Virus record (IMG/VR): IMGVR_UViG_3300007747_000008
Coordinates: 45,828-109,827 of that record
Strand: one strand, 5' to 3'
Source: a virus
Lineage: Duplodnaviria; Heunggongvirae; Uroviricota; Caudoviricetes
DNA: 64,000 nucleotides
Shown here: piece after piece, positions 19,017 to 29,424 of the stretch
How positions within the stretch are numbered: the first letter of the stretch is position 1
Layout: the number at the start of each line of letters is the position of its first letter
Made by a program: the position numbers and the translations under genes
Notes under the pieces: generated by a model
Told to the model about the DNA's origin: nothing
Database searches by the model: none
Seen by the model: the letters and a program-made list of their open reading frames with translations, nothing else

Positions 19017-19892
19017 TTATTTCTTCTGGCTTTGCGATGAGAAGCTGTATCCGAAAAAATGAGATGGGTCATAACGAAGTTTATCAATTGTCCATTCATG
19101 GTTACACTCGGAACAACCTACTTCCATTTCATGACTAATACCAATCTCTTGAATCTCATCACTCGCTTCACGTACTTGTTTAAGTGTGTTCTTAGGTAAA
19201 GAACTTACCCACTCTGTGACAAATTCCGACTCTTCAACTACATCTCCATCAGGTGTTTCAATTTTCTCAATACTTTTGACAATCATATCAAAGTTTAATT
19301 GAGTCATTCCCTCGAAAACTTCAGTGAATAATTTCTTTTTCAACTGGAATGCTTCGTCATCATCACCTTCTAAAGTATCAATATACTCAGATTTTTTCTG
19401 TTCTTGGAACATACGTTGACCAAAATCACTATATTCATTCCATGTATATGGCTTAAAGTACACTTTAAGTCCATTGGATAGCTCTAGAATAGGCTGATTT
19501 TCAAAATAAGTCATAGTTTCTAATAATGCTTTCAAATCACGATGGAATGCACCCTCGTGACCACATTCAGGACACTTAGTCTGTATTTCATAATGATCTT
19601 CTTTAGAAGCAACTTTAATTGCGATTAATAATTGCTCAACATCATTTACATATAACTCTCCTGCTTCTTCAATATCAGGTACACAGTTTTCAATCACTTT
19701 AATAATTGCATCACCACCAATCAATGCATCTGGTGTGTTTAACATAATCTCATCACGTGCAGATCTCGCACAAACACCCAACTTAATACTTTTTAATACT
19801 TCAGGTTTGTATTTCATAACGTTATTAGAAGCTAGTTTAACAAAAAGTTCTTCAATCTTAGTGTACTTAGCTAACGGGTTCATCTTACTCAT
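19017..19892 (-). CDS. Baseplate hub assembly chaperone, gp26-like
   Basis: NPLAKY...ARSARDEIMLNTPDAL...DVEQLLIAIKVAS...CPECGHE...CSECNHEW...HFF, the pattern of jumbo-phage gp26 homologues. Confidence 0.75.
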   Translation of the reverse strand: MSKMNPLAKYTKIEELFVKLASNNVMKYKPEVLKSIKLGVCARSARDEIMLNTPDALIGGDAIIKVIENCVPDIEEAGELYVNDVEQLLIAIKVASKEDHYEIQTKCPECGHEGAFHRDLKALLETMTYFENQPILELSNGLKVYFKPYTWNEYSDFGQRMFQEQKKSEYIDTLEGDDDEAFQLKKKLFTEVFEGMTQLNFDMIVKSIEKIETPDGDVVEESEFVTEWVSSLPKNTLKQVREASDEIQEIGISHEMEVGCSECNHEWTIDKLRYDPSHFFGYSFSSQSQKK

Positions 19893-19944
19893 TGGGACTC
19901 CATATAATAAATAATTCTATATGATTTATTTATAAGGAAAGTAT

Positions 19945-22170
19945 ATGGCAATTGATAACAGTTTTATCTTGCAACAAATACTTTTAGAGCAATCAAAAAC
20001 AAATGATGATCTTTCAGCAATGAGAGATATATTAGCTGATACATTAAAATTGCAACAAAAGAATAGCAGGAAAAATGATGGTGGTAATGGTAACCCCCCA
20101 CCGTCAGGAGGTGGTAACCCTCCCGGAGATCGCCGTCGCAGGCGTGGTCCCGGTGGACCCGCTGGTGGAAATAACTCCAGTTCTGGTATGTTTAAAAACA
20201 TATTTGGAGAACTAAAGAACTTCTCAAAAACAACATTAGGCAATAATGCCACTGCAAGCAATGTAGTCAACTCCTTCGGTACTAGCTTAGGTTCAGTCAC
20301 TGGTGCATTAAAAATGATACCGGGTCCAGTAGGGGCTGCCGCAACCGCATTTACGGCGGTAGTTGATGCAGGTATGGCTGTTTATAATTATATGAACGAA
20401 CAACTTAGTATGTATAACAAGTTGAACAGTGCTGGTGTGACCCTACGAGATGGTATGCTCTCTGCAAGAAAAGCTGCTGCGGGATCATATATGAGTCTTA
20501 ATGAGTTTAATGATGTAATTCAAAAGAACAGTGAATCTATTGCTGCAATGGATGGTGAGTACGGAAATGGTATCCAAACATTCTCTAATTTAATGGGTTC
20601 TTTACAAGATCTCCAACAGGTTAATGGAATATATGGTGTATCACAACAACAATTAGCAGACCTAGCAGCAAAAAACTTTAAGTATGAGAAATTATATTCA
20701 TCTCAGAACGCATTAAAGAATATGAACCAAGCACAAAGTACTGCTGAATTCGTTAATCAAATGACTAACCTAAGCAAATCGGTCGGTAAATCGGTCGATG
20801 ATCTATTAGGCAAATTTGATTCAATGGGTAACACACTAGACAGTACCGTATCACAGTATGCAATGAGTGATAATTGGGGCTTTGATTCTGATAAAGCTGC
20901 TGATGTAACCAAAGCGATGAATGCTGCATATTCAAGTATGGGCGAAACTGGTCAAGTTTTACAAAAAATTAACGCATCAAGACTATCATTATTCCAACTA
21001 CCAGATGAATATAATAACCAATTCATGCAAGGTTATGCAGATATGATGGAACAGCTACAGCGTGATGGTGTAACTGACTCTAAAACAGTTAGAGAAACAA
21101 TGAACAAATATGTTCAAACTCACTCTGAACAATTGAAGCTAGAATTAATTGCACAACAACGAAGTGGTAATATTCAAGCAGCCGATTTATTAACTAAAAT
21201 TCAGAACCAAGAAAAATTATTCAATGAAAGTAACACTACTACCAATGCTCAATTAGAACAGTATACTAGTAATTTTAATGTATGGATAAGTAAAACATTC
21301 ACTGGACCATTTAATGAGATGTATGCAAAATTACAATTGAGTACTATGAAATATTTGAGTGACATGGTATCACAATCTGATGGTGTATTCTCGTTACTTG
21401 GAAATATCGCATCAGATGCTTATCGATATTTGAGTACTCAAACTTCGGGTATGTTCGGTGCTATGGCTGATGTTCCGGGTCAGATAATGAAAATAATTTT
21501 AGGTGATTCATATGACAAAGTGAAAGCTGCGTTTGATGATATGATGGCTGATTTAATAAAAATTCCATCAAGATTGGCTGGATTAATATGGGATTGGATG
21601 ACTGGTAATGATATCACTCAATCACAAAATGATTTAAAAAGTTCAGTGCATGATGTTTTTAATGATTTTGGAAAATATTGGGACTCAATTAAGAATATTA
21701 AATTTAATTATTCAGATATGAAAACCAGAATTCAAGATGCATTTGAAAGTATGAAAAAATCGATATCAGGTTGGTGGGATACTGCAAAAGGGTGGTTTAG
21801 TAGTGAAGATCCAATTCCAGATGATGGGAAAAAGACCGCTAAAAATGGCGTACCAAACACTCCGATAAATAACAATACTACACAGGATCCAGTTACTGCA
21901 ACTGTTGCACAAAATAAACCGCAACAACCTCCAGTACTGGCAACTCCACCAAATAGTAAACCTGAACAAATTTCGGACGATGCAAAGAAAGATGATACTC
22001 AAACTGCAAGTACTGCTTCACCAATACCAGTTGTTGATTATGATGAATCTATTCTATCAACATTAAAAGCAATTGCAAGTTCAATGGAATCATCTAACAG
22101 TACTAATCAGCAAACAGCTCAACTACTTCGTCAAATTTCGGAGAATACCGAAGCTCAACGCCAGACATAA
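19945..22170 (+). CDS. Putative tape-measure/baseplate hub protein (gp29-like)
   Basis: 741 aa, helical Ala/Ser/Gln/Met-rich; divergent from gp26-like gene; late promoter ATAAATA at 19907-13. Confidence 0.5.
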   Translation: MAIDNSFILQQILLEQSKTNDDLSAMRDILADTLKLQQKNSRKNDGGNGNPPPSGGGNPPGDRRRRRGPGGPAGGNNSSSGMFKNIFGELKNFSKTTLGNNATASNVVNSFGTSLGSVTGALKMIPGPVGAAATAFTAVVDAGMAVYNYMNEQLSMYNKLNSAGVTLRDGMLSARKAAAGSYMSLNEFNDVIQKNSESIAAMDGEYGNGIQTFSNLMGSLQDLQQVNGIYGVSQQQLADLAAKNFKYEKLYSSQNALKNMNQAQSTAEFVNQMTNLSKSVGKSVDDLLGKFDSMGNTLDSTVSQYAMSDNWGFDSDKAADVTKAMNAAYSSMGETGQVLQKINASRLSLFQLPDEYNNQFMQGYADMMEQLQRDGVTDSKTVRETMNKYVQTHSEQLKLELIAQQRSGNIQAADLLTKIQNQEKLFNESNTTTNAQLEQYTSNFNVWISKTFTGPFNEMYAKLQLSTMKYLSDMVSQSDGVFSLLGNIASDAYRYLSTQTSGMFGAMADVPGQIMKIILGDSYDKVKAAFDDMMADLIKIPSRLAGLIWDWMTGNDITQSQNDLKSSVHDVFNDFGKYWDSIKNIKFNYSDMKTRIQDAFESMKKSISGWWDTAKGWFSSEDPIPDDGKKTAKNGVPNTPINNNTTQDPVTATVAQNKPQQPPVLATPPNSKPEQISDDAKKDDTQTASTASPIPVVDYDESILSTLKAIASSMESSNSTNQQTAQLLRQISENTEAQRQT

Positions 22171-22186
22171 TTGGAGAATTAAATTC

Positions 22187-23932
22187 ATGAGTTGGATAAG
22201 ACAAATGACAACTGCGAGGTCAAAAGTATCGGCCTCCAAAATGGAACAAGGTAAAAGTACTTCTAAAACTACTGGTTCCAAATCTAACTACGCTTCATAC
22301 TTACCGGTTGTATATACCGGTTTGTCTAACCGTACTGATAGATACCGACAATATGACCAAATGGATCAGGATCCAGAAATTCGAACAGCTTTAGACATTA
22401 TTTCTGATTTTTGTACTCAAAGTATAGAAGACTATGGCCTACCATTTAAAATTAGATATAAAGATAAAATTGGCGACTCTGAAGTAACTACTCTAGAAGA
22501 TAGATTGGAATCATGGGCTGACCAAAATGACTTTAAAACTAGAATATATGAAATCGTACGAGGACTTCTTAAGTACGGTGACCAATTCTTTATTCGAGAT
22601 CCAGAAACTATGGATTGGGTATGGGTTAACCCTGCGAACGTAGAGGGTGTTTTTGTAAACGAAGAAACTGGTAAAAATCCAGTAGCTTACTTTATGAGAG
22701 ATGTATCCTATAATATGCAAGATAAAATCTTCTCCAACCTACAAGTTGGATTTGATAAAATGGCATATCCGGGTTCTTTACCAAATGCTTTAAGTGCCGG
22801 TGCCAGCCAATTCGGTGGTATGGGTGGTGGTTATGCTAATGCCGGAAATGCAAATAGTGCTGACCCATTTAATATGGCAGCAGGTAGAAAGGATGTCATT
22901 CCAATCGCAGCAGAACATGTTGTTCATTTAACATTAAATACCGGACAAGACCCAGTATGGCCTTTCGGTACTAGTATACTAGAAAATATATTTAAAGTAT
23001 ACAAACAAAAAGAATTACTTGAAGACAGTATCATAATTTATCGTGTTCAACGTGCTCCTGAACGTCGTGTATTTAAAATCGATGTAGGTGAAATGCAAAC
23101 TCACCAAGCAATGGCATATGTAGAACGATTTAAGAATGAAATTCACCAACGTAGAATTCCTTCTAATAAAGGTGGCAGTACTTCATTAATGGATGCAGCA
23201 TACAACCCATTAAGTATTCTAGAAGACTATTTCTTCCCTCAGTCATCTGAAGGTCGTGGTAGCTCAGTGGAAACTTTACCGGGTGGTGATAACTTAGGTC
23301 AAATAGATGACTTGCGTTATTTTAATAACCAATTAATTCGTGGATTACAAATCCCAGCATCATATCTACCACAAGGTCCAGATGATGGTGGTGTAGCGTT
23401 ATTTGGTGATGGTGCAACACAAGCAATGGCAAGTGAATTACGCTTTAATAACCAATGTATGCGTTATCAGCGTTTAGTTGCTCGTGTATTTGATATGGAA
23501 TTCAAACGTTATATGGTTAAGAATGGTTATAGCATTAGTGCTTCATCATTCGAAGTTATCTTTAACCCACCAATTAACTTTGCTTCATATCGTCAGGCTG
23601 AGTTGGACGCTAAACTTATTAGTACTTACATGCCGCTTGATGGTCTACGTTATATGTCTAAACAAACCATTCTTAAGAAAATGGGCTTTGACCAAGATGA
23701 TATAGTAGAGAACGAACAAAATTGGATGATGGAAAATCCAGATGCTATGAATCAACAGCCAAATTCAGACGGTGAAGCAGGTCTTCAATCAGTCGGTATT
23801 GATGCTCCAAATGATCCGGGGCAAGATTTAGGAATGGACGCTGATGGAAATATGGAAAGTGCTGATAAAGAGTTCCAAGAATTAGCAGGAAATGGTGATT
23901 TTAATCCTAATAATTTAGGTAGTTCTTTCTAA
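22187..23932 (+). CDS. Portal protein, gp20-like
   Basis: GTSILENIFKVYKQKELLEDSIIIYRVQRAPERRVFKIDVG...EDYFFP...VETLPGGDNLGQIDDLRYF matches T4 gp20; start at ATG 22187 (GGAG RBS). Confidence 0.95.
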   Translation: MSWIRQMTTARSKVSASKMEQGKSTSKTTGSKSNYASYLPVVYTGLSNRTDRYRQYDQMDQDPEIRTALDIISDFCTQSIEDYGLPFKIRYKDKIGDSEVTTLEDRLESWADQNDFKTRIYEIVRGLLKYGDQFFIRDPETMDWVWVNPANVEGVFVNEETGKNPVAYFMRDVSYNMQDKIFSNLQVGFDKMAYPGSLPNALSAGASQFGGMGGGYANAGNANSADPFNMAAGRKDVIPIAAEHVVHLTLNTGQDPVWPFGTSILENIFKVYKQKELLEDSIIIYRVQRAPERRVFKIDVGEMQTHQAMAYVERFKNEIHQRRIPSNKGGSTSLMDAAYNPLSILEDYFFPQSSEGRGSSVETLPGGDNLGQIDDLRYFNNQLIRGLQIPASYLPQGPDDGGVALFGDGATQAMASELRFNNQCMRYQRLVARVFDMEFKRYMVKNGYSISASSFEVIFNPPINFASYRQAELDAKLISTYMPLDGLRYMSKQTILKKMGFDQDDIVENEQNWMMENPDAMNQQPNSDGEAGLQSVGIDAPNDPGQDLGMDADGNMESADKEFQELAGNGDFNPNNLGSSF

Positions 23933-23990
23933 GAATAAATAATATTAATGAGTTCACTTCAATGCGAAGTGAACACATTTGGAGATGTAT

Positions 23991-24233
23991 ATGTTAAATG
24001 AACTATTTGAATCACGAAATGATTCAATGTATGACCCTGAAGATGATCAGACAGTCTATAAACTTACTGATACTCGAAAACCAAAATTAACTTTGAAAGT
24101 ACTTAATAATCTAAGAAAGTACCGAGATTTCAAAACTAATGAAATGGATAAACGTGCTACGGTTGTTGCAGTAGTATATGCCCCATCACCAGAAGGTGAC
24201 GGCGGTATGGGTGGCATGGGTGCCCCAATGTAA
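23991..24233 (+). CDS. Small prohead-region protein
   Basis: 80 aa between portal and core genes; GGAG RBS; late promoter ATAAATA 23935-41. Confidence 0.7.
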   Translation: MLNELFESRNDSMYDPEDDQTVYKLTDTRKPKLTLKVLNNLRKYRDFKTNEMDKRATVVAVVYAPSPEGDGGMGGMGAPM

Positions 24234-24279
24234 AAATTCCGCTTTTTAAAGCTCTTTTTGAAAATGGAATTTTTAAACT

Positions 24280-24287
24280 TATAAATA
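24280..24287 (+). promoter_or_regulatory. Late promoter TATAAATA
   Basis: Exact consensus upstream of the acidic core gene. Confidence 0.75.
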
Positions 24288-24333
24288 ATGACATACTTAA
24301 TTTAAAAGATTTGTATATCTATTGGAGGATATA

Positions 24334-25221
24334 ATGGCAAACAAAAAACTATTGCAAGAAGCAATTCAAGCTTTTGCTAATAACGAACAAGATGTTGCTG
24401 CTAAGAAAATGCGTAAGTATTTCCTAGAAGCTGCTCAAGAAATTAACAAGAAACTAGAAGAAGAAATGGAAGAAGATTGTGAACTATCTGAATCCGAATT
24501 CGATGATGCTGAAGAAATTACCGACAATGACGACGACCAAGTAACTGAAGATATTCAGGGTGGTCAATCTCAAGGTCTAACCGGTGAAATTCAATATCCA
24601 CTAGGTGAAGAAGAAGAAACCGAAGACTTTACTGCTGATGAATTTAGTTCTGACGGCGAAGAAGAAGAAACTGAAGATTTCACTTCTGATGAGTTTGGTT
24701 CAGAAGAAGGTTCCGAGGCTCCATCTGGTGACGAGTGGGAATCAATCAAAGATGCTTTCGCAGACCTAGAAAAAATGTTCGACCGCATTGGCGGCGAAGG
24801 TGATTTCGATGTTGACGCTGAAGGTGATGACGAAGGTAATGCTGAAGAAGAAGAAGTTGATTTCGGTTCAGACGATGGCGATGACTATGCAGACGTAAGT
24901 TTCGGTGACGAACGCGTTGGTGAAGCATACAAAATGAAATCTGTTTCCAAACCAGCTAATGATGCATCTAAATCCCGTTCCCCTGTAGCTCCTAACGCTA
25001 AATCTCCTGTAGACGGCGTAGCTCCAGTTAAAATCAAAGACGGCACCGTAGTTACTAACGATGGTGATCTACTAAAAAATAAAGATGCTGAATCTGTAAA
25101 AGTAGACGACATGAATAACGTTATGGACAATGCGAAAGGCATGATGAAAGATGTGAAAAAACCAAAGAACACTGCGGATAAATCACGTTCACCACTACCT
25201 AAATCACAACCAAAATTTTAA
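24334..25221 (+). CDS. Highly acidic prohead core/scaffold-like protein
   Basis: ATG 24334 with GGAGG; Asp/Glu-rich middle, basic Pro-rich C-terminus; position of T4 gp67/gp68. Confidence 0.7.
   Translation: MANKKLLQEAIQAFANNEQDVAAKKMRKYFLEAAQEINKKLEEEMEEDCELSESEFDDAEEITDNDDDQVTEDIQGGQSQGLTGEIQYPLGEEEETEDFTADEFSSDGEEEETEDFTSDEFGSEEGSEAPSGDEWESIKDAFADLEKMFDRIGGEGDFDVDAEGDDEGNAEEEEVDFGSDDGDDYADVSFGDERVGEAYKMKSVSKPANDASKSRSPVAPNAKSPVDGVAPVKIKDGTVVTNDGDLLKNKDAESVKVDDMNNVMDNAKGMMKDVKKPKNTADKSRSPLPKSQPKF
24604..24705 (+). repeat. In-frame 51-bp tandem duplication
   Basis: GEEEETEDFTADEFSSD / GEEEETEDFTSDEFGSE. Confidence 0.9.
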
Positions 25222-25255
25222 TCATAAATAAAACAAAGAAAGGAGATCATTAACT

Positions 25256-25879
25256 ATGAGTATGATAAGAGAGTGGTCTTCATTCAGTGATTCTAAAATT
25301 GTACTAGAACATCGTGATAATCCGTTCGGTGGTAAAGATTGCTACCTTCGTGGTATTTCAATCCAAGCTGACCAGCGGAATAAAAACGAACGTATATACC
25401 CATTTGCTGAAATAGCACATGCGGTTGAAAATATGAATCAACGCCTAGTAAGTGGTGAAAGTATTCTATGTGAATGCGATCACCCTGAAACCCTTACAAT
25501 TAACCTAGACCGTGTAGCAGCAATGATTACTAAAGTCTGGATGGAAGGTAAGAACGGTATGGCTGAGATTAAATTACTTCCAACTGCACACGGCGAAAAT
25601 ATTCGCAAAATGCTAGAATGCGGCGTTAAATTGGGTGTTAGTTCTCGTGGTTCAGGTAATGTGGATCATAATGGCATCGTTTCTGATTTCGAAATCGTAA
25701 CTATTGACATTGTGGCACAACCGAGTGCTCCAGAAGCGTATCCTACGGCAGTATTTGAATCTCTTATGAGTAAGTACGGTTCACCTATTAATGGAAGCAG
25801 AAAAGCAATAGTGGAATCTAAATCATCAAATGATGTAGAAAACGAAATTCACGCTTTTTTTAAGAAATTAAAAGGCTAA
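25256..25879 (+). CDS. Prohead protease, gp21-like
   Basis: NKNERIY, ECDHPE (catalytic His), LGVSSRGSG (catalytic Ser), DIVAQPSAPEA. Confidence 0.95.
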   Translation: MSMIREWSSFSDSKIVLEHRDNPFGGKDCYLRGISIQADQRNKNERIYPFAEIAHAVENMNQRLVSGESILCECDHPETLTINLDRVAAMITKVWMEGKNGMAEIKLLPTAHGENIRKMLECGVKLGVSSRGSGNVDHNGIVSDFEIVTIDIVAQPSAPEAYPTAVFESLMSKYGSPINGSRKAIVESKSSNDVENEIHAFFKKLKG

Positions 25880-25890
25880 CAAAATAAATT

Positions 25891-25898
25891 TATAAATA
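25891..25898 (+). promoter_or_regulatory. Late promoter TATAAATA
   Basis: Exact consensus upstream of the scaffold gene. Confidence 0.75.
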
Positions 25899-25946
25899 TT
25901 TGTACATCAAAAGTGCGAATATTTAAGTACTTTACAGGAGATTACA

Positions 25947-27065
25947 ATGTCTAAATTAGATAAGTTTCTAAAAGAATCATCTCTTTCTGAAGAAGCAAAA
26001 CAGCTAATTCAGGAAGCATGGAATGAAGAAAAACAAACAGTCGCTGCTGAAATGCGTGAGGAAATGAAAGGTCGCTATCAAGAAGATCTATCTCGTCTCA
26101 CCGAAGGGCTAGACAAAATGATGACCACCGTTATTTCTGAAGAAATGACAAGCGTTTATAACGAAAAAGCAAAACTCGTTGAAGACCGTGTTACATTGCG
26201 TAAAACCCTAGGCAACTTCGGTTCATTCGCTAATAGCGTTCTAGCAGAAGAAGTTAAACAAATGCGTAACGAGAGCAAACTCGTTAAAGAAAGTCTAGGC
26301 AAATTCGCAGGATTCAGTAACCGTATCCTAGCAGAAGAACTAAAAGACTTCCACCAAGAGAAACGTCAATTAGTAGAAACCCGCGTCAAACTAATTGCAG
26401 AAGGTTCACAAAAGATTAATGAAGCTCGTCAGAGTGTAATTAAACGTATTACCGAAACTTCCGCTCAATATATCGCTGAAACAACTCAACGTAACTTAGT
26501 TGAATTGAAAGGTGAATTGCGTGAAGCTCGTCAAAATATGTTCGGTCGTAAAATTTTTGAAGCTTTCGCTACTGAGTTCTATAGCAACCAGTACAAAGAA
26601 AATTCTATTCTACGCTCTCTAACTGAATCTATTAAACAGAAAGAAAATGAAGTCATCGATGTAAAAATGAAACTTCAAGAATCTAAAGCTGAATCAGAAG
26701 CCGCTAAAAAGAAAATGCGTATCATGGAAGATACAAATGCTCGTACCGCAATTATTTCTGAATTGGTTAAGCCTCTTACTGTTCAACAGAAACAAATTAT
26801 GGAATCACTTCTTCAAGCTACTCCTACCGAGAAACTTAAAGACGATTTCAGTAAGTACCACAAGTCTGTACTAAAAGGTACTATCAACGAATCTGCTGCA
26901 AATCGTAGCCGCCCAGCAGTTAATACTAAGGCTAAAAATACTCTCACTGAAGGTAAAGTCGTTACTGGCAACCGAGAAAGTATGATTAACGAAAGTGAAC
27001 TAGATTCCGACGACCTAGATTTCCTAAAATCTCTAGAGCGTAATGCAGGAATCCACAAAAAATAA
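25947..27065 (+). CDS. Prohead scaffold protein, gp22-like
   Basis: 372-aa Glu/Lys-rich coiled coil between protease and capsid genes. Confidence 0.85.
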   Translation: MSKLDKFLKESSLSEEAKQLIQEAWNEEKQTVAAEMREEMKGRYQEDLSRLTEGLDKMMTTVISEEMTSVYNEKAKLVEDRVTLRKTLGNFGSFANSVLAEEVKQMRNESKLVKESLGKFAGFSNRILAEELKDFHQEKRQLVETRVKLIAEGSQKINEARQSVIKRITETSAQYIAETTQRNLVELKGELREARQNMFGRKIFEAFATEFYSNQYKENSILRSLTESIKQKENEVIDVKMKLQESKAESEAAKKKMRIMEDTNARTAIISELVKPLTVQQKQIMESLLQATPTEKLKDDFSKYHKSVLKGTINESAANRSRPAVNTKAKNTLTEGKVVTGNRESMINESELDSDDLDFLKSLERNAGIHKK

Positions 27066-27146
27066 ACATTTTTAATAAGCTAGTTTTTTCAGGGATAAAT
27101 AATAACATACTGAAAAACGAAAAAACATCTTTTAAGGAGATATATA

Positions 27147-28322
27147 ATGTCACAACTATTAACTGAATCTAAATGGGCTGCTGTAAAAGAGAAGCTTGTT
27201 GAAGGTCTAAAAGATAACCGTAAAACCGTTATGGAAACTGTACTAGAGAACCACCGCAAAGTAATGCTTCGTGAAAGTGCTTCCCAAGGTGCAACCTCCG
27301 CTGGTAACATCGCAACACTAAACAAAGTAATTCTACCAATTATGCGTCGTGTTATGCCTACCGTTATCGCTAACGAAATTATCGGCGTTCAACCGATGAC
27401 TGGTCCTGTTGGTCAGATCCACACTCTACGTGTTCAATATGCTGACAACGCACCGGGCGTTATCGCTGGTGAAGAAGCTCTATCACCATACAAAATCGCT
27501 AAATCATATACCGGTGAAGTGAACTCTGATAACGAAAACCCACGTGCAGCTCCTACTAGCCAACTAGAAGGTACTATGGGTCGTCGCGTAAATATCCGTA
27601 TTCTACGTGAAACCGTTGAAGCGAAATCCCGTCGTCTATCTGCTCGTTGGACTATTGAATCTGCTCAAGATGCTCAGTCTCAACACGGTATCGATGTAGA
27701 AGCTGAACTAATGGCTGCTATCGCTCAAGAAGTTACCACTGAAATCGACCAAGAATTGCTACACAAACTACGTGCTCTACCGGGTGCTGCTGCTGTAACT
27801 TATGACCAGTCTAAAGTTACCGGTGTTGCTACCTTCGTAGGCGACGAACACGCTGCTCTAGCTACTCTAATTAACCGTCAGGCTAACGAAGTTGCTCGTC
27901 GTACCAAACGTGGTGCTGCTAACTGGGCTGTTGTTTCTCCAACTGCACTAACTATTCTACAGTCTGCTACTACTTCTAGCTTCGCACGTACCACTGAAGG
28001 TACTTTCGATGCACCTACTAACGTTAAGTTTGTTGGTGTACTTAACAGTACTATGAAAATTTATGTGGATACATACGCCGACGACTCGACCGACGTGCTC
28101 ATTGGTTTCAAAGGTAATGCTGAAACTGATGCTGGTGTATTCTACTGCCCGTACATCCCACTAATGGCGTCTGGTACTGTAATGGATCCAAACACTGGTG
28201 AATTAGTGACCACTTTCTTAACCCGTTATGGTTATGTACAGTTGACTGATAGTACTTCATCCCTAGGTAACGCTGCTGACTACTACAGCAAAATTGCAAT
28301 CCGCAACGTAACCTTCATGTAA
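27147..28322 (+). CDS. Major capsid protein, gp23-like
   Basis: ILPIMRRVMPTVIANEIIGVQPMTGPVGQIHTLR...AKSRRLSARWT.ESAQD...EIDQE...FYCPYIPL...TRYG; late promoter GATAAATA 27094-27101. Confidence 0.97.
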   Translation: MSQLLTESKWAAVKEKLVEGLKDNRKTVMETVLENHRKVMLRESASQGATSAGNIATLNKVILPIMRRVMPTVIANEIIGVQPMTGPVGQIHTLRVQYADNAPGVIAGEEALSPYKIAKSYTGEVNSDNENPRAAPTSQLEGTMGRRVNIRILRETVEAKSRRLSARWTIESAQDAQSQHGIDVEAELMAAIAQEVTTEIDQELLHKLRALPGAAAVTYDQSKVTGVATFVGDEHAALATLINRQANEVARRTKRGAANWAVVSPTALTILQSATTSSFARTTEGTFDAPTNVKFVGVLNSTMKIYVDTYADDSTDVLIGFKGNAETDAGVFYCPYIPLMASGTVMDPNTGELVTTFLTRYGYVQLTDSTSSLGNAADYYSKIAIRNVTFM

Positions 28323-28363
28323 TTGAAGTGAACTAAGTTAGATTTATAATTTAATAAAAAACT

Positions 28364-28396
28364 GAAAAGGGACTCTTGACGAGTCCCTTTTCTTTT
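28364..28396 (+). terminator. Intrinsic terminator after the capsid gene
   Basis: GAAAAGGGACTC-TTGAC-GAGTCCCTTTTC-TTTT, 12-bp stem. Confidence 0.9.
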
Positions 28397-28404
28397 GCTA
28401 TAAT
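28376..28404 (+). promoter_or_regulatory. Sigma70-type promoter TTGACG-N17-TATAAT embedded in the terminator
   Basis: -35 at 28376-81 (hairpin loop), TG extension, -10 at 28399-404, 28 nt upstream of the endonuclease ATG. Confidence 0.65.
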
Positions 28405-28432
28405 ATTTTTTTAAATTACATGGATATAAAAA

Positions 28433-29419
28433 ATGGCAAAAAAACATCAAGAACATTATATTAGTATTATCAATAATGTAATAGTTGAAAATAATTTACC
28501 ATTGAAATTTATAGGGTTCATTGATTTTGAATCAGCAAAAAAATCTGGTAATACAAAAATACATTTTTTCTGCACTGAATGTAATGATGAGATTACCTCT
28601 ATGTCAATTGATAATTTTAAGAAAAACCGTAAGTGTTCTGGTTGTTCTAAGAGAACCGTATCAGAACGGTTTTTAAAACCACTACCACATTATCTTAAAT
28701 TAATTGATGATGAGATTTTATTTCGTAATGTACCTTACATCTGCAAAGGAACTACCAACTTTATAGACAGAAAAAATACAAAAATTGATTTTTTCTGCAC
28801 TAAACATGATATTCCATTTTCAATGAGCATTGATAATTTTTTACGTGGTAAGGGATGTTATGAATGTGGAAAAGAAAGAACTACAAGTTCAAAAGTAAAA
28901 AGTTTAGATGAGCACATACAAAAATTTGTTAACCTTCATGGTGAAAAGTATTCCTATGACAAATTCATATGGGTTAATAATCAAACAAACTGCACTATTA
29001 CTTGTAAAGTACACAACTATGATTTTCAAAAAACACCAGCAAATTTTAGACGCACAGTAGAGCATTGTCCATTATGCAACGGTGAGGTAGACATAAACAC
29101 GCTCCCAACACAATTATATGTACAGTCAATCGTAAAAGATGGTTTAAATTTTGGAAAATTTGGAATTAGCTTGGATACACATCGTCGGATGACACAACAA
29201 CAGTGGAAATCAGGTGCAGAACATCAAGTACTGACAACTGTTACCTGTAATACTCGCACTGAAGCACTGAAGCTTGAAAAACTACTTAAGGAATCAATTC
29301 CTAGTGGTTTTGTTGATTCATCCGTACTACCAGATGGACACACAGAAACCTTTGATGCCCAGTACTTAAATATTGTTTTAGAAATTGTAAATAGTTTTAA
29401 TAGTAAAGAAGAGGATTAA
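28433..29419 (+). mobile_element. Free-standing putative homing endonuclease (Cys/His zinc-binding repeats + C-terminal GIY-YIG-like domain)
   Basis: Repeated FFCTEC/FFCTKH...F..S..NF..G.GC..C units; C-terminal LYVQ...KFGIS...RR...LEKLLK; very AT-rich; inserted directly after the capsid gene. Confidence 0.7.
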
Positions 29420-29424
29420 AAAAA

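Noticed and set aside
24604-24705. Repeat as a CRISPR-like or mobile repeat
   Set aside because: It is an in-frame two-copy coding duplication with no spacers. No CRISPR array was seen in the window.
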